Source: Octopus vulgaris (taxonomy: Eukaryota). Taken from it: DNA of 64,000 nt. The translations under genes were made by a program, and so were the position numbers. Below, one piece after another: positions 25,593 to 40,329 of this stretch; within the stretch, counting starts at the first letter, position 1; each line of letters begins with the position of its first letter. The notes beneath the pieces are model-generated. The model did no database searches. It was given only the letters and a program-made list of their open reading frames with translations, and was not told where the DNA came from. Location: positions 23,684,001 through 23,748,000 of the forward strand of contig OX597841.1 of NCBI GenBank assembly GCA_951406725.2, in the 5' to 3' direction.

Positions 25593-26000
25593 AGGTGCAG
25601 GAGTGGCTGTGTGGTAAGTAGCTTGCTAACCAACCACATGGTTCTGGGTTCAGTCCCACTGCGTGGCGCCTTGGGCAAGTGTCTTCTGCTATAGCCCCGG
25701 GCCGACCAATACCTTGTGAGTGGATTTGGTTGAGGGAAACTGAAAGAAGCCTGTCGTATATATGTATATATATATGTATGTGTGTTTGTGTGTCTGTGTT
25801 TGTCCCCCAAGCATTGCTTGACAACCGATGCTGGTGTGTTTACGTCCCCGTTACTTAGCGGTTCGGCAAAAGAGACCGATAGAATAAGTACTGGGCTTAC
25901 AAAGAATAAGTCCCGGGGTCGATTTGCTCGACTAAAGGCGGTGCTCCAGCATGGCCGCAGTCAAATGACTGAAACAAGTAAAAGAGTAAAGAGTAAGAGT
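25593..26000 (+). mobile_element. Family-B SINE inserted in the dispersed repeat related to 2030-2348
   Basis: Full head and tail. The host repeat resumes AAACCCAATCTGTTTCTTAAA after the SINE, as in the uninterrupted copy at 2087. Confidence 0.88.
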
Positions 26001-26119
26001 AAACCCAATCTGTTTCTTAAAGGAGGGACATATTCATTATGCACAGAATGTTATTTACCTAAATGGACGTCAGCGATTGGGTAAAATTGCCGAAATGCTC
26101 GAAATTAAAGTCGAAATAT

Positions 26120-26545
26120 CTTACAAACTATAGAATTTTCTCAATAAAGCCAAGAGAAAAAGATGTTTTATAAACACATTCTACCAGTATACGAAGTTTA
26201 ACATTTTTTAGTTACCCAGAAATTATGTTAAAAACTGCCGTTCAAAGCGAAAAGATCCATATCTTGCAAACTCTAGAATTTTCTCAATAAAGCCAAGAGA
26301 AAAAGATGTTTTATAAACACATTCTACCAGTATACGAAGTTTAACATTTTTTAGTTACCCAGAAATTATGTTAAAAACTGCCATTCAAAGCGAAAAGATC
26401 CATATCTTACAAACTCTAGAATTTTCTCAATAAAGCCAAGAGAAAAAGATGTTTTATAAACACATTCTACCAGTATACGAAGTTTAAAAGTGTTTAGTTA
26501 CCTAGAAATTATGTTAAAAACTGCCGTTCAAAAGGAAAAGATCCC
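26120..26545. repeat. Tandem triplication of a repeat terminus (~143-bp unit)
   Basis: TAGAATTTTCTCAATAAAGCCAAGAG at ~26130, 26274 and 26417. Confidence 0.85.
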
Positions 26546-26648
26546 CTCTAAATTTTGTATGTATAAAATGTTTAATTTTCGGATTTTAAAAAAAATATGC
26601 TAGGCCGTTGGTTTTAATTGATTAATATCAATTTCTACCCTCATTTAA

Positions 26649-27043
26649 TCTTTATATATAAAACTGAAGTTGTGTGTCTGTCTCCTACGATTTAGATTCC
26701 TAACTACTCCCACATTTAGCGGTGCAGTTTAACCAAAACCGGGTATCTTATAGTCGGGATTCATATCGAGCCCTTCTGGGTATTAGCGCACGTTTACGAC
26801 GAGTCTACGATTTTAAAAATAATTTACCATCATTTTTTCCCATTTTAATGCATTTTTTCGCTATTTTATAAGGGAAGTAACTCTCTAAAAATGTCTACGA
26901 TGAGTCAACGATTTAAAAAATAATTTACCATCATTTTTTTCCATTTTTAATGCATTTTTTGCTACTTTTTGGCTATAACTCTCTAAAAATGCTTTATAGT
27001 TATTTCCCTTACAAATCCGAGCAACGCCGGGCGATACTGCTAG
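26649..27043 (+). mobile_element. Non-autonomous Helitron, intact termini
   Basis: Start A|TCTTTATATATAAAACTGAAGTTG; end CCGAGCAACGCCGGGCGATACTGCTAG|T (subterminal hairpin + CTAG); inserted between A and T. Confidence 0.85.
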
Positions 27044-27219
27044 TTATATATATATATATATACCTTTTAAATTTTTTTTATGTATCTATTCATCACTGAA
27101 GCATTGTTCCTGTCTCCTCTCTCCTCCCCTCTCACTCTCTCTCTCTCTCTGTATTGAGGAGTGGGAGGAGTAAACTACTTCACTATTGTAGTATCGCTTC
27201 GATCGGCCATTATTTTCGT

Positions 27220-28860
27220 CGGTGTTGCTCCTCTCTTTCTTTCTCTTCCCCCCCTCTGTGTATTGTATTCTCTCCTCTCCCTATCACTCTATCTCTAATC
27301 TGTATCTATCACTTATTTCTCTCTATCTGTTGCTCCTCTCTTTCTTTCTCTTCTCCCCCTCTGTGTATTGTATCATCTCCTCTCCCTATTACTTATCTCT
27401 TTCTTTTTCCTCTCTATTTGTTATCTCCCTTTGTGTATTGTTTTCTCTGCTCTCCCTATCACTCTATCTCTAATCTGTATCTATCACTTATCTCTCTCTT
27501 TTTCTCTCTATCTGTTGTTTCTCTCTTCCCTTCTCTTCTCTCCCTCTGTGTATTGTATTATCTCCTCTCCTTGTCACTCTATCTCTAATCTGTATCTATC
27601 ACTTATCTCTCTCTTTTCCTCTCTGTCTGTTATCTCCCTCTGTGTATTGTTTTCTCTCCTCTCCCTATAACTCTATCTCTAATCTGTATCTATCACTTAT
27701 CTCTCATTTCCTCTCTATCTGTTACCTTTCTCTTTCTTCTCTCTCTCTCTCTCTGTTGTTTGTATCATATTGCCTCTTCCCGTCACTCTCTTTTACATTT
27801 GTAGATATTTCTTTTTCCCTCTCTCTGTTGTATCATATTGCCTCTTCCCTTTACATTTGTTCCTTTTCCCTCTCTCTCTTGTATCATATTGCCTCTTCCC
27901 TTTACATTTGTATATATTTCTTTTTCCCTCTCTCTGTTGTATCATATTGCCTCTTCCCGTCACTCTCTTTTACATTTGTATATATCTCTTTTTCCCTCTC
28001 TCTGTTGTATTATATTGCCCCTTCCTGTCACTCTCTTTTCCATTGGTATACATCTCTTTTTAAACTCCCTCTCTCTGTATCATATTGCCTCTTCCCGTCA
28101 CTCTCTTTTACATTTGTATATATCTCTTTTTCCCCTCTCTCTGTATCACATTGCCTCTTCCCGACACTCTCTTTTACATTTGTATATATCTCTTTTTCCC
28201 TCTCTCTGTATCACATTGCCTCTTCCCGATACTCTCTTTTACATTTGTATATATCTCCCCTCTCTCTGTATCATATCGTCTCTTCCCGTCACTCTCTTTT
28301 ACATTTGTATACATCTCTTTTTAATCTCCCCCCTCTGTTATTTGTATCACATTGCCTCTTCCCTTCACTCTCTTTTACATTTGTATATATCTCTTTTTCC
28401 TCTCTATCTCTCTCTCTCACTCTGTAATCATATTGCCGCTTTTACATTTGTATATATTTCTTTTTCCCTCTCTCTGTATCATATCGCCTCTTCCCGATAC
28501 TCTCTTTTTCATTTGTATACATCTCCTTTTAATTTCCCCCTCTGTTGTTTGTATCACATTGCCTCTTCCCTTCACTCTCTTTTACATTTGTATATATCTC
28601 TTTTTCCCCTCTCTCTCTCTCTGTAATCATATTGCCGCTTTTACATTTGTATATATATTTCTTTTTCCCTCTCTCTGTATCATATCGCCTCTTCCCGATA
28701 CTCTCTTTTCCATTTGTATACATCTCCTTTTAATCTCCCCCTCTGTTGTTTGCATCACATTGCCTCTTCCCGTCACTCTCCTTTACATTTGTATACATCT
28801 CCTTTCAATCTCTCCCTTTCACATCTCTATCTATCTATCCACCTATCTATTTACCCCTCT
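27220..28860. repeat. Pyrimidine-rich degenerate minisatellite
   Basis: Recurrent TGTATCATATTGCCTCTTCCCGTCACTCTCTTTTACATTTGTATA units with strong C/T strand skew. Confidence 0.85.
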
Positions 28861-29394
28861 CTCAATCCTTCTACCCGTTCACTCCGCCGTCTATTTTCAA
28901 CCACTGTGATGTCGCGCCGTCTCAGAGTGTAGGTGTATCTCTGCAGCCATATACCTACACATCTACATACCTACAACACACACACAACACACACACATGT
29001 ATGCACACACAGACCTCACTCTACACTCTCTCATTGCATTCTTCATCATCATTGTCTCAACATCACCTTAATTAACCAAGCACAAGCAGCAACAAAGGTG
29101 ACATCAACAGATCTGCCATCATCATTCATCACCCAGGGACAGAATATATTCACCTACACACACAAAAAACCACACATCTGTGTACATATACAGACGTTTA
29201 TATATATATATATATCTTGTATATATATATCTGTAGCTGTATGTGTATATACCCTAGTGCATAGAATCTCTCTGTGTCTATATATTAATTCATCTGCTGC
29301 TATAGTACTACCCAGGCTCTCCCTATTCTTTCTCTCCCTTGTCTCTGGATTTTGTTATTAAAGAGCAATATGTAAGTAATAAAAGAGTTTTTTA

Positions 29395-29585
29395 TATCAT
29401 ATGTATTATTTATATATGTGTGTATATATGTGTGTGTGTGTGTATTGTGTGTGTATTATATATATATATATATATATTTGTGTGTGTGTATTATATGTGT
29501 GTGTGTGTGTATTATGTGTATATTATGTGTATATATATATATGTGTGTGTATTTTATATATATGTGTGTGTGTGTGTGTGTATTT

Positions 29586-29616
<31 letters not shown>

Positions 29617-29691
29617 ATTATATATGTGTGTGTGTGTGTGTGTATTATATATGTGTATATTATGTGTATATATATATGTGTGTGTGTATTT

Positions 29692-29722
<31 letters not shown>

Positions 29723-29824
29723 ATTATGTATGTGTGTGTGTTATGTATGTGTGTGTGCATTATGTATATGTATGTGTGTGTCTGTCTGTATTATATATAT
29801 GTGTGTGTGTGTGTGTATTATATT

Positions 29825-29857
<33 letters not shown>

Positions 29858-29971
29858 ATGATGCTAACACAGTTGCATGTGTATTTTTATTGCTATCACA
29901 TTTGTGTATACCATATATTTATAATATACATGTGTGTATATATATATATTATGACTATATTTTGATATATA

Positions 29972-30006
<35 letters not shown>

Positions 30007-30196
30007 GGCGGTGCATCAGCATGGCCGCAGCTTTGAGCTGAAACAAGAAAAACGAACATATATATATATATATATATATATGTGTATATATCGGGACTTA
30101 TAGGAAAATATACTATATTTCTATCATGTATTCAGTACTAAAAAAAATCATCCTTTCGTTTAACCATGAAAACACCTCACACCATTGTATATATAT

Positions 30197-30228
<32 letters not shown>

Positions 30229-30490
30229 TGTTTCGGCGGTTTCTTAGAAACCTAGTTTGCCGGGCTCAGTAAACTGAATCCGGCTAAATGAGAACGAAAG
30301 ACTACGTTTCTGTGATAAACCGACGAAGCTTTAAATCGCATGGCCCCCTCGAATCAAACTGTAAAAATGTATATATTGTGTGTATCTATCTATCTATCTA
30401 TTTGTCTATCTATCTGTCTACCTTTCTATCTATCTGTCTGTCCACCTCTATCTGTCTGTACCTCTCTATCTATCTATCTCTGTGTGTCTG

Positions 30491-30521
<31 letters not shown>

Positions 30522-30692
30522 GTCTACCTCTCTATCTGTCTGTACCTCTCTATCTATCTATCTGTCTACCTCTCTATCTGTCTGTACCTCTCTATCTATC
30601 TATCTATCTATCTCTGTGTGTCTATCTATCTGTGTTTGTATGTGTCTGTCTGTTTGTGTGTCTATCTACCTCTCTATCTGTCTGTCTACCTC

Positions 30693-30723
<31 letters not shown>

Positions 30724-30830
30724 CTATGTGTGTCTATCTATCTGTGTTTGTTTGTATGTGTGTCTATCTATGTATCTATCTATCTATCTGTCTGTCTGTC
30801 CGTCCGTCGACACACTCGTGTTGTTTAATT
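29395..30830. repeat. Compound microsatellites (TA/TG)n and (TATC/TGTC)n
   Basis: Seen directly; interrupted by unique sequence at ~30230-30370. Confidence 0.95.
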
Positions 30831-30886
30831 CATAGACCGACAGATAGTTGTATGTATATATATGGCGAGGTGTGTTAAAAATTTAC

Positions 30887-30917
<31 letters not shown>

Positions 30918-31324
30918 CAAAGACGTTTACTGGTTAAAAAGACTCCATCGAATATGAGCGTAGAGCCTTAATATCATAATTTTAATTTCACTGGCAGTGA
31001 CTTCGAAATCTCTATCAATAAAAACTATATTTTATATGGTATTATATCTCTGCAATTTTTCGGCCTTCCTCATTCATTCGTGAAAATCGCTCGCCATTTA
31101 TCTACCCCCTCCATCACTTATATAGTCCAGTTTGTAGAATTTTGACCAATCATCATCTTCGTTTAGACCCCCCCATCCTTTCTATTTCTTTCTACCCTTA
31201 AACGAGCTACCCCGGAGTGGAGTCCATTGCCTTGGATAGGGGCCTTTTGGTGGATCTTCTTCTAATGTGCCCAAAGCGTCCTTGCGCTTTTAGATGTTGA
31301 AATGAAAGCTCACAGATTAGTTGT

Positions 31325-31472
31325 TAAATAATAATAATAATAAACATTGTGTACAGTGCTCAGGTGCACTACAACTCATCTAAAGTGTATGTATAATCAG
31401 GTGTAGTTTCGACGGATTTCGGAAAGCATGAGGGCCTTAAAGGATGCAGTGTCATGGCAGTCAACAACTGTT
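31325..31472 (-). mobile_element. CR1-type LINE extreme 3' end
   Basis: Reverse complement of the 10980-11035 tail (CAGTGCTCAGGTGCAC plus (AAT)n). Confidence 0.75.
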
Positions 31473-32859
31473 ATGACATTGGACGCAAGATCGTAATGTC
31501 GCGATTTCGTTTCCCAGGCCGGGTAGCCCCCTTTTTTTTTTTTTTTTAATCAGCGAAATGCTTTATTTTATTTCTCGTAGTTCCAGTTCACTCAGCTGAA
31601 GATGGTGTAACAGTGGCCACTGGGGTGGGGTGGGAGTTTGATCCTGCGACAGGCAGGCGTCCCCTCCAAGTCAGAGGAGGATGAATCGTAAGGCTGTGTT
31701 TTCGTTTCCTAGATCGGACGGGACTTCACATTTTTCTTTTTAACGAAACGCTTCATTTCGTGTTTTAGTTCACTCAGCTAAAGATAAAAAATCGTTTTAA
31801 ATTGTTAAATACTTTCCAATCACTCGAAATATTTCAAATTGCTTCCCAACCACATGGTTCCGGGTTCAGTCCCACTACACGGCACCTTGGTTAAATGTCT
31901 TCTGCTATAGCCTTGGGCCAACCAAAGCCATGCGAGTGGTTTTGGTAGACGGAAACAGAAGGAAGCCGTATATATACATACATATACACACACACAATCG
32001 ACAACCGATGTTGGTGTGTTTATGTCCCCGTAACTTAGCAGTTTGGCAAAAGCAACCTATGAGTACTAGGCTTACAAAGAAGAAGTCCTGAGGTCGATTT
32101 CTTCAGCTAAAAACCTGAGCATTCGTAGTACATACCTGTTACATCAGTTGATAAAACTCCTTGTATACTCTCTTTCTCTCTCACTATTTATGTATATAGC
32201 AAGACAGGCCAGTCTGATCTGGCAATGTTTCTACGGCTGGATGCCCTTCCTAACGCCAACCACTCCATGAGTGTAGTGGGTGCTTTTTACGTGTCACCGG
32301 CACAGGTGCCAGACGAGGCTGGCAAATGGCCACAATCGGATGGTGCTTTTTTACGTGCCACCAGCACTGAGGCCAAGCGAGGCTGGCAACGGCCACGATC
32401 GGATGGTGCTTTTTACATGCCACTGGCGCGGAGGCCAGTCGGGGCGGCGCTAACAACGGCCACGTTCGGATGGTTCTCTTATGTGCCACCGGCATCACAG
32501 CTATAATTTCCATTGATGTTGATCGATTTCGGTTTTGATTTTGATGCTTGAACGGAGACCCTTGTAAATATATTTTTCACAAATTCTGATGTAATTAGAA
32601 CCTTCATCATCTGAAGCATATTTGTAGAAAATTTCATTAAAAAATATCCATTTTTCTGGAAGTTATGAATAAACAAAGCTGGCTCATGTGAATTTTCCAA
32701 AACTCTTCTCCTCACCCTTGTAAATATATTTTTCACAAATTCTGATGTACTTGGAATCTTCATCATCTGAAGCATGTTTGTTGAAAATTTCATTAAAAAA
32801 TATCCATATTTCTGGAAGTTATGAGGAAATAGTCATTGGATGGGTTACAATTTGTCAGT

Positions 32860-33230
32860 GTGCCTACATTTACTCCATGAACAGAGTCCTCAAAAACATC
32901 CTCTGACTGGGATTTTTGAATGGTGAGAAACAAACACTGCTCATATCAGAAAAGCACTATTGCACCTACTCCCTCCCTTCAATTATGATCAGCACTCAGT
33001 CAAAGTCCTTAAAATCATTCCACTTGTCAGGTCACATTGTCACCAAGTACTTACCTTGGCAAAAGCACGTCCTTGACATAGCTAGGCTGGCATCTCAACG
33101 ACCTGCCCTTCTCTTCAGAGCCAGGAGATACTTACTCTCCCAAGAATTATTTATACTCCACTGGGCTTCCTCACTTGATCCCTTTTTTTGTTCTTTCCTG
33201 TCTTGCAAGTTACTTGGCGACCCCACTACT
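32860..33230 (+). mobile_element. Old LINE reverse-transcriptase remnant, probably continuing at ~34875-35210
   Basis: NGEKQTLLIS...LPWQKHVLDIARLASQRPALLFRARRYL resembles the post-RT region of non-LTR elements. PILQHCPHI at ~34880 resembles P.LEYCSHIW. Confidence 0.55.
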
Positions 33231-34064
33231 TTCTCTCTCTCACTATTTATGTATATATCAAGACAGGCCAGTCTGATCTGGCAATATTTCTACGGCTGGT
33301 GCCGGTGGCATGTATAAAGCACCATCCGATCGTGGCCATTTGCCAGCCTAGTCTGGCACCTGTGCCGGTGAAACGTAAAAGGCACCCACTACACTCACGG
33401 AGTGGTTGGCATTAGGAAGGGCATCCAGCCATAGACACGAACAAAAGCATACACTAAAATGGTTGGCATTACAAAGGACATCCAGTTGTAGAACCATCCC
33501 GAATCTGACTTGCAGCTTCATGCAGTCCTGTAGCTCACTGGATCCTGTCAAACCTTCCAACCCATACCAGCATGAAAAACTGACATTAATCCTTTTGATA
33601 CCAAACCTTTCAAGGCTGCCCATGGGTCTATGACACAAACTTCCTATTTTAACGTGATCATCATCATCTTCGTTTAACGTCCGCTTTCCATGCTAGCACG
33701 GGTTGGACGGTTCAACCTGGGGTCTGGGAAGCCAGGAGGCTGCACCAGGCTCCAGTCTGATCTGGCAAAGTTTCTACGGCCGGATGCCCTTCCTAATGCC
33801 AACCACTCCATGAGTGTAGTGGGTGCTTTTTATGTGCCACCGGCGGCTGGCAAATGGCCATGATCGGATGGTGCTTTTTACGTGCCACCGGCACGAGGCC
33901 AGTCAGGGCGGCGCTGGCAATGGCCATGTTCGGATGGTTCAATGCTGGCAACGGCCACGGATCTAAATTAAAATCCTTTATAAAAATTTCCTACTAATTT
34001 TTATGTTCCGAACTCCAGTTTAATAATCCTTTCTACTGTGGGCACAAGGCCTGAAATATAGCCC

Positions 34065-34760
34065 CGGGCCGACCAAAGCCTTGTGAGTGGATTTGGTAGA
34101 CGGAAACTGAAAGAAGCCCGTCGTATATATGTGTGTGTTTGTGTGTCTGTGTTTGTCCCCCCTAGCATTGCTTGACAACCGATGCTGGTGTGTTTACATT
34201 GCCGTTATTTAGCGGTTTGGCAAAAGAGACCGATAGAATAAGTACTGGGCTTACAAAGAATAAGTCCTTCAGGGTGATTTCCTTGACTAAAGGCAGTGCT
34301 CCAGCATGGCCGCAGTCAAATGACTGAAACAAGTAAAAGGGTAAAAGAGTAAAGAGTAAGCATTTTGCCCAGCATGCTAACGATTCTGCTGGCTTGCTGC
34401 CATGTAAACAAACTAAATAATTCTGTTTCTTTTCTTTTACTTGTTACAGTCATTTGACTGCGGCCATGCTGGAGCACCGCCTTTAGTCGAGCAAATCGAC
34501 CCCGGGACTTATTCTTTGTAAGCCCAGTACTTATTCTATCGGTCTCTCTTGCCGAACCGCTAAGTAACGGGGACGTAAGCACACCAGCATCGGTTGTCAA
34601 GCAATGCTTGGGGGACAAACACAAACACACACACATATATACAACAGGCTTCTTTCAGTTTCCGTCTACCAAATCCACTCACAAGGCTTTGGTCGGCCCG
34701 GGGCTATAGTAGAAGACACTTGCCAAAGATGCTACGCAGTGGGACTGAACCCAGAACCAA
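34065..34760. mobile_element. Two family-B SINEs in tail-to-tail inverted orientation
   Basis: 34065-34358 (+) and 34430-34758 (-), separated by about 70 bp. Confidence 0.85.
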
Positions 34761-35229
34761 AGTTATTTTACTAAGTTTATTATTACCAAAATTAATTAAA
34801 ACAGAAGCAGTGTATTTTAACAGGAGTTCATTAACAAAAGGGTTAAACGATGTCGATGATGATGAAAGTTCAAGTGGGGCCCATACTGCAGCATTGCCCT
34901 CACATCTTGGAGTGTGCTCTTGCTGTATTTGCAGACTGCATTCAAAAAGGGACCACCTGACTGATTGGCCTGAAATAACAGTACCCCCACGGGTGTACAG
35001 TTTTCTCTGTCTTTTATACAATTCCTAGTCATGGCCCCTGATCCTTGGATATGGTTAGACTTGACCCATCTCTACTCTGGCATTATGGTCCCATTCACCT
35101 CTTCGCTTATCACCTTTGTAGTGTCAAACATTCACTCCTTCCCCAGACCCTACACTATTCACTATATCCAAACTTCCCAGAGAAATCAGTCCCTTGGAAT
35201 TCCCTCTATATATCTTTCCCTACAGGGGT

Positions 35230-35950
35230 TATCTCTTCATCTCCCTAGCTCTCTCTTCATCTCCCTAGCTCTCTCTTCATCTCCCTAGCTCTCTCTTCAT
35301 CTCCCTAGCTCTCTCTTCATCTCCCTAGCTCTCTCTTCATCTCCCTAGCTCTCTCTTCATCCCCCTAGCTCTCTCTTCGTCTCCCCAGCTCTCTCTTTAT
35401 CTCCCTAGCTCTCTCTTCATCTCCCTAGCTCTCTCTTCATCTCCCTACCTCTCTCTTCATCCCCCTACCTCTCTCTTCATCCCCCTAGTTCTCTTCATCT
35501 CCCCAGCTCTCTCTTCATCCCCCAGCTCTCTCTTCATCTCCCTAGCTCTCTCTTCATCTCTCTCTTCATCTCCCCAGCTCTCTCTTCATCTCCCTAACTC
35601 TCTCTTCATCTCCCCAACTCTCTCTTCATCTCCCTAACTCTCTCTTCATCTCCCTAACTCTCTCTTCATCTCCCTAACTCTCTCTTCATCTCCCCAGCTA
35701 TCTCTTCGTCTCCCCAGCTCTCTCTTCATCTCCCTAACTCTCTCTTCATCACCCTAGCTATCTCTTCATCCCCCTGGCTATCTCCATCTCCCCAGCTCTC
35801 TCTTCATCCCCCTGGCTATCTCCATCTCCCCAGCTCTCTCTTCATCTCCCTGGCTATCTCCATCTCCCTAACTCTCTCCATCTCCCCAGCTCTCTCTTCA
35901 TCTCCCTAGCTATCTCTTCATCTCCCTAACTCTCTCCATCTCCCTAACTC
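35230..35950. repeat. 20-bp minisatellite (CTCCCTAGCTCTCTCTTCAT)n
   Basis: Seen directly. Confidence 0.95.
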
Positions 35951-36222
35951 AACCTCGAAACCATACGGGTGGTGCAGGGTGAAACTTTACAAAATGATAA
36001 CATATATTATAAACACCTTTAATTTTCACCTTGATTTCGAATTTTATTCACGGTTTTATGATAATTATTTCTAATTAACTTTTCATTAATGCTTCTCCTT
36101 TAATCCTAACTTAAGCAGAGTTACTTGCCTTGGTCTGAGCTACAACACAATATCCTTGATATGACCAAGTTGTTTCATAAGAAGAGCTTCATATGAATTT
36201 TTTTTTATTTTAAAGAGATATA

Positions 36223-36386
36223 AGGCACAGGAGAGGCTGTGGTAAGTAGCTTGTTTACCAACCACATGGTTCTGGGTTCAGTCCCACTGCGTGGCACCTT
36301 GGGCAAGTGTCTTCTACTATAGCCTCGGGCCGACCAAAGCCTTGTGAGTGGATTTGGTAGACGGAAACTGAAAGAAGCCTGTCGTA

Positions 36387-36435
<49 letters not shown>

Positions 36436-36830
36436 GAGTGGCTGTGTGGTAAGTAGCTTGTTTACCAACCACATGGTTCCGGGTTCAGTCCCACTGCATG
36501 GCACCTTGGGCAAGTGTCTTCTACTATAGCCTCGGGCCGACCAAAGCCTTGTGAGTGGATTTGGTAGACAGAAACTGAAAGAAGCCTGTCATATATATGT
36601 ATATATATATATGCGTGTGTGTGTGTTTGTGTGTCTGTGTTTGTCCCCCTAGCATTGCTTGACAACCGATGCTGGTGTGTTTATGTCCCCGTTACTTAGC
36701 GGTTCGGCAAAAGAGACCAATAGAATAAAGTACTAGGCTTACAAAGAATAAGTCCCGGGGTCGATTTGGTCGACTAAAGGAAGTGCTCCAGCATGGCCGC
36801 AGTCAAATGACTGAAACAAGTAAAAGAGTA
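36223..36830 (+). mobile_element. Family-B SINE with duplicated 5' half
   Basis: Head at 36223 and again at 36434 after a (TA)n tract. Confidence 0.85.
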
Positions 36831-39800
36831 AGGTGTAATTTTTAAAAAGATATTTGCTAATAAGGCATGGCTGTGTAGTAAGAAATTTCCTTCCCAACCA
36901 TATGGTTCCAGGTTCAGTCTCATTGCATGGTACCTTGGGCAAATATCTTCCGCTATAAACCCCAGAGCCTACAAAGCTTAGTGAGCAGATTTAGTAGACG
37001 GAAACTGAGAGAAGCCCATTCTGTGTGTGTGTGTCTCACCACATCCCTGTAACTTAGCAGTTCAGCATGAGAAATGGATAGTAAAATAATTCATGGCCGT
37101 TTGTCAGCCTTGTCTGGCCCCTGTGCCGGTGGCACGTACAAAGCACCATCCGATCGTGGTCGTTTGCCAGCCTCATCTGGCACCTGTGCAGGTGGCACGT
37201 AAAAAGCACCCACTACATTCTCAAAGTGGTTGGCGTTAGGAAGGGCATCCAGCTGTAGAAACACTGCCAGATCAGACTGGAGCCTGGTGCAGCCATCTGG
37301 CTTCCCAGACCCCAGTTGAACCGTCCAACCCATGCTAGCATGGAAAATGGGCATTAAACGATGATGATGATGCTTCATAATTGAAATTCTGAGGTTGATT
37401 CATTTCATAAAAATCCTTCAAGGCAGTGCCCCAGCATGGCCAGAGCCCAATGACTGAAACAAGTAAAAAATAAGATTTGTACACCTGCATAATTGTACTT
37501 GTTAAATTAGATTATTTAATCTCTGCTCATCGAGGGCTTTTATTGTCTCTTCATTTTCGTAGTTAATGCTTTAAAATCCTGCACACAAGAAGATAATCCT
37601 TTTGATACCAACCTACCTCAGACTGATCAAGATTAAAATCTTTCAACAAATAACAAAATTATTTTGTTAAATTCTTTATTACTATCGAAATTTATTGAAA
37701 CAAATGAAGCATCATCATCATCATCATCATCATCATCGTTTAGCGTCCGCTTTGCATGCTAGCATGGGTTGGACGGTTCGACTGAGGTCTGGGAAGCCAG
37801 GAGGCTGTGCCAGGCTCCAGTCTGATCTGGCAGTGTTTCTACGGCTGGATGCCCTTCCTAACGCCAACCACTCCGTGAGTGTAGTGGGTTCTTTTTACGT
37901 GCCACAGGCACGGGGGCCAGACGAGGCTGGCAAACGACCACGATCGGATGGTGCTTTTTTAGTGCCACCGGCATGGGGGCCAGACAAGGCTGGCAAACGG
38001 CCACGATCGGATGGTGCTTTTTTAGTGCCACCGGCATGGGGGCCAGACAAGGCTGGCAAACGGACCACGATCGGATGGTGCTTTTTTAGTGCCACCGGCA
38101 TGGGGGCCAGACAAGGCTGGCAAACGGCCACGATCGGATGGTGCTTTTTACGTGCCATCGGCACGGAGGCCAGTTGGGGTGGCGCTGGCAACGGCCACGT
38201 TTGCATGGTTCTCTTACGTGCCACCGGCACTGGTATCACAACTACAATTTCCATTGATGTTGATCAATTTTGATTTTGATATTCACTTGCCTCAACAGGT
38301 CTTCACATATTTCAACATGTTTCTTAATCTTAACTTCTTGAAAAAAAGTAATTCCCTAAATAGTTTCTAATCCACTCACGAGGCTTTGGTCATGCTGGGG
38401 CTATTGTAGAAGACACTTGCCCAAGGTGCCACACAGTGGGACTGAACTCAGAACTATGTGGTTGGAACACAAATTTCTTAACTACACAAAAATCAAAATC
38501 GAAATCGATCAACATCAATGTAAATTGTAGCTGTGATACCAGGGCCAGTGGTACGTCAGTGAACCATCCGAACGTGGCCACTGCCAGCGCTGCCCCGACT
38601 GGCCTCCGTGTCGGTGGCACGTAAAAAGCACCATCCGATCGTGGCCGTTGCCAGCCTCGCCTGGCCTCAGTGCCGGTGGCATGTAAAAAGCACCATCCGA
38701 TCATGGCCATTGCCAGCCTCGCCTGGCCCCCGTGCCGGTGGCACGTAAAAAGCACCATCCGATCATAGCCATTTGCCAACCCCATCTAGCACCTGTGCCG
38801 GTGGCACGTAAACAGCACCCACTACACTCACGGAGTGGTTGGCGTTAGGAAGGGCATCCAGCTGTAGAAACATTGCCAGATCAGACTGGGCCTGGCGCAG
38901 CCTTCTGGCTTCCCAGACCCCTGTTGAACCGTCCAACCCATGCTAGCATGGAGAGCGGACGCTAAACGATGATGATGGCAAACATGCCTGCATCTCTATC
39001 ATCAGTCGTTAGATATAGCAGAAACCCCAACGAGAGATTTCTTGTGTTTCTGTCTTAGGTTTCCACTTCTGTAAGCAGGATCACCCAACCGGAACTGTAG
39101 CGCATGGTGTCTCACCAACCCCTATTCCTGATCTTTCTATGACCAAGCACTTGTCGCTCATTTCCAACATGCAAGCAAGGCTTGTTAATTAACAAGCAGT
39201 ATGGAGAACATTATTAATTACAGCTTGTCCAGTTAGCTAGCTAGCTAGCTAGCACCTGTTGTGCTGTCCACCACTGGAATTTTAAACAGGTATTTGGTCA
39301 AGCCTAGCTTTGGTACCTGGAATTTCAATTGGTGGTGTTGGGTGAAGCAGTGGGGTGTGAGAAGGAGGGGAAATCGGAAGTTTGGGTGAGTAAATAACAG
39401 TATAGTAACTGGTGGTGGTGGATGTGTGTGTTTTGAGGAAGAAGGCTTGTGATTTCCATACACATTTTTGTACATGGGCAAACACAGTACACACACACAC
39501 ACACACAAACACAGTATTTTTTTTTTTACTTGTTTCAGTCATTTGACTGTGGCCATGCTGGATCACCACCTTTGTTTAGTCGCAGAAATCGACCTCAGGT
39601 CTTATTCTTTGTAAGCTTAGTACTTGTTCTGTCAGTCTCTTTTTCTGAACCGCTAAGTTACTCGGACGTAAACACCAGCATTAGTTGTCAAGCAATGGCG
39701 GGGGAACAACACACACGCAGATACATACATACACACGCGACAGGCTTCTTTCAGTTTCCGTCTACCAAATCCACTCACAAGGCTTTGGTTGGCCTGAGGC

Positions 39801-40329
39801 GATAGTAGAAGACATTTGCTCAAGGTGCCGCGCAGTGGGACTGAACCCAGGACCATGTGTTTAGGAAGCAAGCTTCTTACCGCACACCCACACCTGTGAC
39901 TGTCATCGTTTTAAAGTTCGGTTTTCTATGCTTGCATTGGTCAGATGGAATTTGTTAAGTTGATTACATCGACCCCAGTGCGAAACTGGTACTTATTTAA
40001 TCGAACCCCGAAAGGATGAAAGGCAAAGTCGACCTCGGCGGAATTTGAACTCAGAACGTAGGGGCAGACGAAATAACGCTAAGCATTTCACCCGGCGTGC
40101 TAACGATTCTGCCAGTTCGCCGCCTTCAAACCGTCCAACCCATGCCAGCATGGAATACAGACGTTAAACGATAATGCTGAAGCATGGGCAACCCTTTTTT
40201 TTTTTTGAGAAGAGGACCACACTACTAGAAGAAATTGAAGTTAATTTTTCATTAAGCGTGCATCTGAGAAGGTCCCACAAAGTGCAGGTTACCCATGACT
40301 GACCTTCACCATTACTGCCAGGCATGAGC

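Noticed and set aside
27154-30878. Hydrophobic or Cys/Tyr/Val-rich ORFs
   Set aside because: Low-complexity CT, TA/TG and TATC repeats.
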